The notes under the pieces were generated by a model, which worked only from the letters and a program-made list of their open reading frames with translations, was not told where the DNA came from and ran no database searches. Below, one piece after another: positions 35,925 through 43,665 of a stretch of 64,000 nt of DNA. Numbering within the stretch: position 1 is the first letter of the stretch; each line of letters opens with the position of its first letter. The DNA is from Alcaligenaceae bacterium (GTDB taxonomy: Bacteria; Pseudomonadota; Gammaproteobacteria; Burkholderiales; Burkholderiaceae_B): contig CANCMG010000002.1 of NCBI GenBank assembly GCA_947378965.1, positions 5,938-69,937 of the forward strand, given 5' to 3'. The position numbers and the translations under genes were made by a program.

Positions 35925-37425
35925 TCAACTCAACCCTGAGCACTCGTGGTTTCTCACACCACGCGCTGACGTGGTGTTAGCTTTGATAGAAATGCGCCAA
36001 GAGACCGATTACGTTTTGCATCATGCGCAAAAGGTGATTGCAATTTTTGCGGGGATGCGCGACTTGGCGCGTTTGCTGCACGCGCGCGGGCATCGGGTGC
36101 ACTACCTGCGCATTGACGATTCGACCAATCAACAAAGCCTGACCGCTAATCTTGATACGCTGCTGGCCCAGCATGCCTGCACACACTTTGAATATCAAGA
36201 GCCTGATGAATGGCGCCTTTACCAACAACTTCAACAGTACGCCCGCGCCAGTTCACTTGACTGCACCATGGTGTCGAGCGAACATTTTTATACAACACGC
36301 TCAGAGGTTGCCACGCTGTTCGCCGGGCAAAAATCGTGGCTCATGGAGCGCTTTTATCGTCAGATGCGCACGAAACACAACATTCTGATGCTCGACGCCA
36401 AGCGCCCCGTCGAAGGCAAATGGAACTTTGACCACGAAAACCGAAAAGCGTGGTCTGGTACCCCAGCCGAGCCTGCAGACAAGCGTGCAAGGCATGATCA
36501 TTCGGCCTTATGGGCAACCATTGAGGCTGCGGGTGTTAGCACCTTTGGTACGCCCGCTGCCGCAAACTTTGCGTGGCCACTGAATCGCGCCGAGGCCTTA
36601 GTTTGTTTGACTGATTTTATTGAAGTCGCCTTACCCCACTTTGGTGATTTTCAAGATGCCTTAAGCACAAAGGGCTGGCGACTATTTCACTCGCTCTTGT
36701 CGTTTGCGTTAAATACAAAAATGCTGAACCCACGCGAGGTGGTCGAACGCGCGCAACAAGCGTGGCTAGAGCAAAAAATTTCGATCGCAACGGCCGAGGG
36801 CTTTATTCGCCAAATTTTGGGCTGGCGTGAATATATCCGCGGCGTGTATTGGGGCAAGATGCCCGACTATGGCACACAAAATTATTTTGCACAGAGCACC
36901 GCATTACCAAAATGGTTCTGGACTGGCAAAACCAAGATGCGTTGCCTCGAGCAGTCACTTGGACAATCTTTAGAGCACGCCTACGCGCACCATATTCAAC
37001 GCTTGATGGTAATTGGTAATTTTTCTTTGCTGGCAGGCCTCAACCCTGAAGAGGTGCACCAGTGGTACTTGGGCGTCTATATCGACGCCTTTGAATGGGT
37101 TGAGCTTCCCAACACGCTGGGGATGAGTCAGTTCGCGGATGGTGGCATGCTGGCCACCAAGCCCTATGTGTCGAGCGCAGCGTATATTGACCGCCAAGGC
37201 GATTATTGCAAGGGCTGTTATTACGACAAAAAGAAACGCGAGGGCGAGCGTGCCTGCCCCTTCAACGCCTTGTACTGGGATTTTTTTGATCGTCACCGCG
37301 CCAAACTTGCAGACAATTTTCGCTTGGCGATGGTGTATCGCAACTTAGACAAGATGGATGAACAGGCGCTGAACGCCCTACGCACACAGGCAAACAAGAC
37401 GCGTTCGCAACTAGAGTCATTATGA
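35884..37425 (+). CDS. Fe-S bacterial cryptochrome/photolyase (FeS-BCP; PhrB/CryB-type, probable (6-4) photolyase)
   Basis: 513 aa, colinear with Agrobacterium PhrB as I recall it (LRLILGDQL, RWNFDHENR, GFIRQILGWREYIRGVYW, AYAHHIQRLMVIGNF, WVELPNTLGMSQFADGG). The four cluster cysteines are in place (MRCLEQ, DYCKGC, ACPFNALYWDF). Confidence 0.88.
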   Translation: MGHALTTLRLILGDQLNPEHSWFLTPRADVVLALIEMRQETDYVLHHAQKVIAIFAGMRDLARLLHARGHRVHYLRIDDSTNQQSLTANLDTLLAQHACTHFEYQEPDEWRLYQQLQQYARASSLDCTMVSSEHFYTTRSEVATLFAGQKSWLMERFYRQMRTKHNILMLDAKRPVEGKWNFDHENRKAWSGTPAEPADKRARHDHSALWATIEAAGVSTFGTPAAANFAWPLNRAEALVCLTDFIEVALPHFGDFQDALSTKGWRLFHSLLSFALNTKMLNPREVVERAQQAWLEQKISIATAEGFIRQILGWREYIRGVYWGKMPDYGTQNYFAQSTALPKWFWTGKTKMRCLEQSLGQSLEHAYAHHIQRLMVIGNFSLLAGLNPEEVHQWYLGVYIDAFEWVELPNTLGMSQFADGGMLATKPYVSSAAYIDRQGDYCKGCYYDKKKREGERACPFNALYWDFFDRHRAKLADNFRLAMVYRNLDKMDEQALNALRTQANKTRSQLESL

Positions 37426-37640
37426 CTGTCTGCGCAGGGCTTTGTCGGACAGCTCACCTCAGTTTGACTACACTGTCAGATAAGTCGAGTTGTTTGAGAG
37501 CAGCGTTTGCCACTGATGGCCAAGCCGCTCAGTTGGATGACGCACAGACGACGACGATATCAAATCGCTATTATTCTGAGCGAAAAGCAGTCGCCGAACT
37601 CGGAAATCTGAGATTGTCTTTTATATAAACAATATTTTTT

Positions 37641-38405
37641 TTGAAACCATTTATGCTTGAGCACTCACCCGCGACCGTGTCTTTATCAGAGCTTTTGCCT
37701 AAGCTCAAGGCTGAAGGCTACGCGGTGCTTGATCCAGCGACCGTTGCGCAATGGGCACAACATCCACTGAACGAACTGGCAGCGCTTGTACCTGACTGGG
37801 AAGGCATGCCTGAAGACGCCTACCTAAAAGATGGCGGGCATTACCGCCTGCGCCGTCACTCTTGCTTTGTATTTGAAAATGACCAACTCGTGCTTGCGCC
37901 GGCACGCGCGCATTGGCAATCGTTATCCTATAACGCGTTGCATGGCGGTATGCAACGTTGGTTTGAGCCCATGCACGCACGTACGATTCAACAAGCAGTC
38001 TGGATCGATTTATTGAGCGCCTTTGCGCGCGCTGCCGACTCTCTGCATTGTGCCAAGCACCCCACTCGCGCAGTCACGCGTTGGTGCATTGAGGCTCATC
38101 AATTCAGAATTGATACCAAGGATGGGATTGGTCGCCCAACCCCTGAAGGCGCGCACCGCGATGGTGTCGACCTGGTCGGTGTTTTTATGATCAACCGCAA
38201 AAACGTCAAAGGTGGCGAGACACGCGTGTTCGATGCCATGGGTACCTCGGGGCAACGGTTTACATTGAGCGAGTCGTGGTCGTTGCTTTTGCTCGACGAC
38301 GCACGGGTAATTCATGAAACCACCCCGATTCAACCGGCTCAGCCCGGCGGCTATCGCGACACGTTGGTCTTGACGTGCCGCGCCGACAACTTTCAAGGCG
38401 AGTAA
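37641..38405 (+). CDS. 2OG-Fe(II) dioxygenase family protein (PF10014-type as I recall)
   Basis: 254 aa with HRDGVDLVGVFMINRKNVKGGETRVF. The track uses a TTG start at 37641; ATG 37653 is an alternative. Confidence 0.65.
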   Translation: MKPFMLEHSPATVSLSELLPKLKAEGYAVLDPATVAQWAQHPLNELAALVPDWEGMPEDAYLKDGGHYRLRRHSCFVFENDQLVLAPARAHWQSLSYNALHGGMQRWFEPMHARTIQQAVWIDLLSAFARAADSLHCAKHPTRAVTRWCIEAHQFRIDTKDGIGRPTPEGAHRDGVDLVGVFMINRKNVKGGETRVFDAMGTSGQRFTLSESWSLLLLDDARVIHETTPIQPAQPGGYRDTLVLTCRADNFQGE

Positions 38406-38409
38406 TCCT

Positions 38410-39543
38410 TTGCAGCCCGAACGCTCAGACTTCTTAATCGTCGGGGCAGGAATCGCCGCAGCCTCGACAGGATATTGGCTTGCCAAACACGGCAAAGTGA
38501 CACTGCTTGAGCGTGAAACACAACCAGGCTATCACTCTACCGGGCGCTCAGCGGCCCTGTTTATGGAGAGCTACGGCACACCACAAGTTCGTGCGCTGAC
38601 CATGGCGAGTCGTGCCTTTTTCATGCAACCGCCTGCGGGGTTTTCAGGTTACTCCTTAGTATCGCCGCGTGGTGCACTGATGGTGGCAGAGCATGGTCAA
38701 GCTGTGGTGCTCTCTGAGCATTGGGATATTTTGCGCAGCGTCACCAAGCTGGCGCGGCAATTGTCGGCCTCAGACGTGTTGGATATGGTGCCAGTGTTTC
38801 GCCCTGAAAAAATTCTAGGTGGAGTCTATGAACCCGAAGCCTACGACATGGATGTTCACAGCATTCATCAAGGCTTTTTACGGGGCCTTAAACAATTTGA
38901 CGGTGATATTGTCTGCCAGGCCGAAGTCATCAGACTAGAACGGGCGGGGGCAGACTGGCTCGTGCACACCGCTGATGGCCGGCAGTATCAAGCTGGCATT
39001 GTGCTCAATGCTGCCGGGGCCTGGGCTGATCAGGTCGGCGCACTTGCAGGTGCTCAGCGTTTAAATCTTGAGCCACGTCGGCGTTCTGCCATGATCTTTA
39101 GCCCCCCGCCCACGCTGAACGTCACGAACTGGCCCATGGCAATCGGGGTCAGCGAAGACTGGTACTTTAAGCCTGACGCTGGCATGCTATTGGGCTCGCC
39201 GGCCAACGCCGACCCAGTCGAACCACAAGATATACAGCCCGAAGAGTTCGATATCGCGCTAGGTATTCATCGCATCCAAGAGATCACCACGCTACAGATT
39301 CATCGACCCACGCGTACCTGGGCAGGGCTTAGATCTTTTGTGGCCGATGGTGATTTAGTCGGTGGTTTTGATACGATTGCACCCAATTTTTTTTGGATTG
39401 CAGTACAAGGCGGCTATGGGATTCAGACTTCGCCGGCGATGGGGCAAGCCTGCGCCGCCTTGGTGTGCGGCCAAGCCTTACCCGAGGCCTTACAAGAGTT
39501 TGGTTTGACGCAAGCAATACTTAGCCCTGCCCGCCTGTCATGA
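38410..39543 (+). CDS. FAD-dependent oxidoreductase (DAO / glycine-D-amino-acid oxidase-like)
   Basis: 377 aa with dinucleotide fold DFLIVGAGIAAASTGYWLAKHG. The TTG start lies 4 nt after the upstream stop. Confidence 0.75.
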   Translation: MQPERSDFLIVGAGIAAASTGYWLAKHGKVTLLERETQPGYHSTGRSAALFMESYGTPQVRALTMASRAFFMQPPAGFSGYSLVSPRGALMVAEHGQAVVLSEHWDILRSVTKLARQLSASDVLDMVPVFRPEKILGGVYEPEAYDMDVHSIHQGFLRGLKQFDGDIVCQAEVIRLERAGADWLVHTADGRQYQAGIVLNAAGAWADQVGALAGAQRLNLEPRRRSAMIFSPPPTLNVTNWPMAIGVSEDWYFKPDAGMLLGSPANADPVEPQDIQPEEFDIALGIHRIQEITTLQIHRPTRTWAGLRSFVADGDLVGGFDTIAPNFFWIAVQGGYGIQTSPAMGQACAALVCGQALPEALQEFGLTQAILSPARLS

Positions 39544-39565
39544 GAGGGCAAGCCCCTCATTTTTG
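39544..39565 (+). terminator. weak rho-independent terminator
   Basis: 5-bp stem GAGGG / CCCTC with a 5-nt loop, then ATTTTT, directly after the stop codon. Confidence 0.35.
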
Positions 39566-39633
39566 ACACTGATTCAACCACTTGGGCTCGACGCGCTATT
39601 GGCCTGATTGGCGAGTGACGCCCTTTGTGTCAC

Positions 39634-40599
39634 TTAAGCCTTAGGCGTTTTTGCTTTTTTTACAGCCTTAGTGCTTTTGGCTTTTGAGGCCGTCTTTTTT
39701 GCCACCGCCTTGCGCACTTTGACGCCACCCCAGTCTTCAACCACTTTACAAATCGACGTAAAGTCAGAATCAGGGCCATAGGTGGCGTTGGTCACTGCAA
39801 GCATTTGACGTACCGCCGCACCGACCACCATGGGTACGCCCATGGCCTCGGCTTCGTCTACACACAAGCGCACGTCTTTGTAAGATAACGCCGTGGCAAA
39901 ACCAAAGTCAAAGGTCCCTGTCAAAATCGCACGCGGAAACTTATCTTGCGTCGCACTATTGCGACCCGAGCCGCTATTGATCACGTCTAGCATCACCTGT
40001 GGATCGAGCCCCGCCTTAACGCCCATCACCATGGCTTCAGAAGACACTGCCAAGGCTGCGCCAGCCAACAGGTTATTAGCGAGTTTCATGGTTTGAGCCT
40101 GGCCGGCGCCCTCACCCAAATGAAAGGTTTTACCAAAGGTTGCCAAGATGGGGGTCAGCTTGGCGTACAAGGCTTTGGGGCACGAGACCATCACGGCCAA
40201 TGTGCCCGCCGCGGCACCTGTCACGCCGCCGCTCACGGGTGCATCAACGTAGCTCACCTTGTTAGCACTCAAGCCTTTGAATACGGCAACGGCAGTTTTC
40301 GGACCAATCGTCGAGAAGTCGATCACACACTTCACTTTTTTACCTTCGATGAGGCCGTCTTTGCCCAGCGCCACGGCGTTCACAATCTCGGGGTTTGGCA
40401 GGCTTAAAAAAATAGTCTCGGCACGATTGGCGACATCGGCGGCAGACTTGGCTGCGATAGCACCTTTTTTAACAAGTGCCTGCATCGCTTTTTGATCGCG
40501 ATCATAAATGCAGACATCGTAGCCCGCTGCTAATAAACGCAACGTCATCGGGCCACCCATGTGACCAGTGCCAACAAACCCTACAAGTTCTTTTGCCAT
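39634..40599 (-). CDS. 3-hydroxyisobutyrate dehydrogenase-family (beta-hydroxyacid) NAD(P) oxidoreductase with a Lys/Ala-rich C-terminal tail
   Basis: 321 aa with VGFVGTGHMGGPMTLRLL. The roughly 295-aa core is followed by KAVAKKTASKAKSTKAVKKAKTPKA. Confidence 0.8.
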   Translation of the reverse strand: MAKELVGFVGTGHMGGPMTLRLLAAGYDVCIYDRDQKAMQALVKKGAIAAKSAADVANRAETIFLSLPNPEIVNAVALGKDGLIEGKKVKCVIDFSTIGPKTAVAVFKGLSANKVSYVDAPVSGGVTGAAAGTLAVMVSCPKALYAKLTPILATFGKTFHLGEGAGQAQTMKLANNLLAGAALAVSSEAMVMGVKAGLDPQVMLDVINSGSGRNSATQDKFPRAILTGTFDFGFATALSYKDVRLCVDEAEAMGVPMVVGAAVRQMLAVTNATYGPDSDFTSICKVVEDWGGVKVRKAVAKKTASKAKSTKAVKKAKTPKA

Positions 40600-40611
40600 G
40601 AAATGTCTCCG

Positions 40612-40911
40612 TCAAAGATTATCGATACGTTGGGCTAGGTCAAGGTCACGGGTGGACAAGCCGCCAGCGTCGTGTGTCGTAAGCATAATCGATACGCGGT
40701 TATAAACGTTTGACCACTCAGGATGGTGATTGTGCTGCTCAGCGAGCAGTGCCACCCGAGTCATAAAGCCAAAAGCCTCGCTGAAGTCAACAAACACCCA
40801 ATCTCGCGTGATGCTGCCGCCACGCTCTGGTTGATAGCGCCATTGCGACAAGCCAACCATCAGACTCGCGATATTTTCAGAGGTGATTTTTTGCAGCATC
40901 TTAAGTCTCAT
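40612..40911 (-). CDS. phhB: pterin-4a-carbinolamine dehydratase
   Basis: 99 aa with [36 protein letters not shown], the signature HHP...core of PCD/DCoH proteins. Confidence 0.85.
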   Translation of the reverse strand: MRLKMLQKITSENIASLMVGLSQWRYQPERGGSITRDWVFVDFSEAFGFMTRVALLAEQHNHHPEWSNVYNRVSIMLTTHDAGGLSTRDLDLAQRIDNL

Positions 40912-41029
40912 ATCGAAATCAGTCTCATATCGAAATCATTTATTTTTAGCCCTGACATCAGGCCAGGACAAAACAATTCACGTGAGACAGGTCTTCGCGC
41001 CTTCGTTTGGTATCTTGTACTTGTCGCGC

Positions 41030-42211
41030 TTACGTTTTTAAGTTGGATTCGCTGGGCAACCACAAAACGACAAACGCCGTACAGGCAGAAAATCCAGCCA
41101 TCACCAACAGCAAGGTCTCAAACCCCAAGCCCTTCACGGCTGGGCCCAACAACCACACCGCCAACGAACTAATCCCAAGCGACACCGCCAGGCGAATCCC
41201 CGCCACACGCGAGCGCGAACGATCGTCTACGTAGCGCACAATCATGACGTCAATGAAGGGGACTGCGCCAAAAATAAACACCATCACCCCGAGCAGCGCA
41301 GCAAAGAGCCACCAACCTTGGGCATACGCAGACAGCACAAATAAGGGGATCTGCAACAACACAATCCCCAAAAAAATCGGTCGTACCGCGAAATGATCAA
41401 GCAACTTGCCTACGGCCACTTGCATGAGTGACGCCACTGCATAAATGACCGCGAGCAAAATCCCCAGCAGCGCAGGATCAGACACCACGCCCTCAAACCG
41501 CTCGGACATCAGTTGCCCGTTACCGTTGGTCGTGAAATTAAACAACACACTACCAGTGGCCGCACTGACCGTCATGACGGCCAACACGCGCGCCAGCATT
41601 GCAGGGGTCAAGGTGACTTTAGCTGAACCCTTACGTTTGGCCGGGGCTTCAGCCTCTACCGGACAAGCAAGTGCAAACCAGAGACCGCAAAGCAAGGACA
41701 GCCCCGCAGGTATGGCAAAGGCAGCGCGCCAACCAATCCATTTGATCAAGAAACCTGTCAGCATCGCGGCTAAGGCCACACCCAGGTTACCTGCCAGGCC
41801 GTTCACGCCAATCGCCAGGCCAGGATTGGCAGATTTTTGAACCAACATCGGAATGCCAACCGGATGATAGATCGAGGCAAAGGCCCCAACCAAGGTCAGT
41901 GTGATTGCCATTTGCCAAGCATTTTGCGTCAACGCCGTGAGCAAGGTGGACGCCCCAATACCCACAAAAAACACAATCATCATGCTGCGCCGCCCCCATA
42001 AATCGCCTAGACGACCAGAGGGAATCGAGCCCAAACCAAACAACACAAAAGCACCCACCCCATAAGGCATGAGGTCTTCCCAGCTTTGAAAACCAAACTC
42101 ACTGGCGATCACGCCAACGGCTGCGGCAAAAATAAGCAAGAACATGTGGTCAAGGCCATGGCCAATGTTGAGCAACAGTCGAATAGAAAGCGAGTGATCT
42201 TGAGTGTTCAT
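41030..42211 (-). CDS. MFS transporter
   Basis: 393 aa, about 12 hydrophobic segments, with the GRLGDLWGRR loop motif. Confidence 0.85.
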   Translation of the reverse strand: MNTQDHSLSIRLLLNIGHGLDHMFLLIFAAAVGVIASEFGFQSWEDLMPYGVGAFVLFGLGSIPSGRLGDLWGRRSMMIVFFVGIGASTLLTALTQNAWQMAITLTLVGAFASIYHPVGIPMLVQKSANPGLAIGVNGLAGNLGVALAAMLTGFLIKWIGWRAAFAIPAGLSLLCGLWFALACPVEAEAPAKRKGSAKVTLTPAMLARVLAVMTVSAATGSVLFNFTTNGNGQLMSERFEGVVSDPALLGILLAVIYAVASLMQVAVGKLLDHFAVRPIFLGIVLLQIPLFVLSAYAQGWWLFAALLGVMVFIFGAVPFIDVMIVRYVDDRSRSRVAGIRLAVSLGISSLAVWLLGPAVKGLGFETLLLVMAGFSACTAFVVLWLPSESNLKT

Positions 42212-42296
42212 TTAGTAGTCACTTTGGGTGAAGACATCATTCAATACAGTTTTGCGTCAGTTCAGCATACGATCATGTTAGTAGGCGCTTGCAAAG

Positions 42297-42722
42297 TTAG
42301 GCGCGCCCAATAATTGAAGCGGTCAGCATCAACTCTTCAAGCAAAGCCAGCGACACCGCGCCTGAGACCGAATAAGGATCAAGCTCGGGCTTTTCAGAAT
42401 ATTTCAAAACAATTGAGGTGTTGAGCTTGGCCAGATTGACCTGACCCATTGTCCAGCCACCAAAGCGACGCTCAGTGATTTCTTGATAGTCAAGCAAGAC
42501 AACGTCTTTATGACGTTGATCGCGAACGATGTAGCCATACAGTTCGTTGACCTGTGTGCGCCCGCCCTCGACGGCTTGCAGATATAGTCCGCCACCATAG
42601 CAAAGGATGCCGGTGATTCCGTTGGCTGAGTTGTATTTGCGCGCCGAATCTAAAATCGACTGCGTTGCCGTGGGCGACTCGGGATCAAGCGCACGACTCA
42701 CATAAAGCAAACGAACTAACAT
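42297..42722 (-). CDS. stand-alone BLUF domain blue-light sensor protein
   Basis: The track uses TTG 42728. ATG 42722 gives MLVRLLYVSRA..., the canonical BLUF N-terminus. The conserved Tyr (LLYVS), Gln (GLYLQAVEG) and W-x-M (GGWTMG) are present. About 45 C-terminal residues lie beyond the domain. Confidence 0.88.
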   Translation of the reverse strand: MLVRLLYVSRALDPESPTATQSILDSARKYNSANGITGILCYGGGLYLQAVEGGRTQVNELYGYIVRDQRHKDVVLLDYQEITERRFGGWTMGQVNLAKLNTSIVLKYSEKPELDPYSVSGAVSLALLEELMLTASIIGRA

Positions 42723-42724
42723 GT

Positions 42725-43426
42725 TCAATCCTCTCGACGAATCAGAGATAAAAATTCACGACGCAAATTGGCGTCTTTCAAAAATGCACCGCGCATCACA
42801 GAGTTAATCATGCGACTATCGGGGTCTTTCACACCTCGCCACGACATGCAGTAGTGCGTAGCGTTCATCACCACGGCCAAACCGTCAGGCTGCGTTTTTT
42901 CTTGGATCAGGTCGGCCAATTGCACCACCGCCTCTTCTTGGATTTGGGGGCGACTCATAATCCAATCCGCCAACCGCGCGTACTTTGACAGCCCGATCAC
43001 GTTAGTGTGTTCGTTGGGCATCACACCAATCCAGACCTTACCCATCACCGGACAAAAATGATGGCTGCAAGCACTGCGAACCGTGATGGGCCCAACGATC
43101 ATTAATTCGTTCAAGTGTTCGACGTTTGGAAACTCGGTGATCTTGGGCTGCGTCGCGTAGCGACCACCAAACACCTCGTGCAAATACATTTTGGCTACGC
43201 GCCGGGCCGTGTCATGGGTGTTGTGATCGGCCTGGGTATCAATCACCAGGCTTTCAAGCACACCTTTCATTTTGGCTTCGACCTCATCAAGCAACAAGGC
43301 AAGCTCACCAGGTTGGATAAAGTCGGCAATATTATCGTTTGCATGAAAGCGCTTGCGCGACTCTTTCAAGCGGTTGCGAATGACCACCGATACAGGCGTG
43401 CCTTTGTCTTGTTCTGACTCACTCAT
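42725..43426 (-). CDS. folE: GTP cyclohydrolase I (FolE type)
   Basis: 233 aa with Zn-site residues CSHHFCPV and THYCMSWRG, and RVAKMY / GLSKYARL blocks colinear with E. coli FolE as I recall it. Confidence 0.88.
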   Translation of the reverse strand: MSESEQDKGTPVSVVIRNRLKESRKRFHANDNIADFIQPGELALLLDEVEAKMKGVLESLVIDTQADHNTHDTARRVAKMYLHEVFGGRYATQPKITEFPNVEHLNELMIVGPITVRSACSHHFCPVMGKVWIGVMPNEHTNVIGLSKYARLADWIMSRPQIQEEAVVQLADLIQEKTQPDGLAVVMNATHYCMSWRGVKDPDSRMINSVMRGAFLKDANLRREFLSLIRRED

Positions 43427-43665
43427 GCTGTTTAACTCTTAGTCTCAAGATGAATAGCCAATGTTACTCCGTTGCCCTGAGTCATATTGAAATAACCGTA
43501 AGGCAGTCTGCTTTATTCCAAGCGTAACCGACTTTATTCCATGCGCAGGCGACTTTATTAAAAAAGCTACCAACTTAACGCTTAGACTAGCCTAACTTAT
43601 TCCGAGCCGCCGCTGCTTGAATACAGCCGCTTTAGGTATGATTGCACGAAGATTCTCAGGAGCCT

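Noticed and set aside
37422-37628. 68-aa ORF after the FeS-BCP gene
   Set aside because: It has no RBS and no recognisable features. It lies in a likely terminator/promoter gap.
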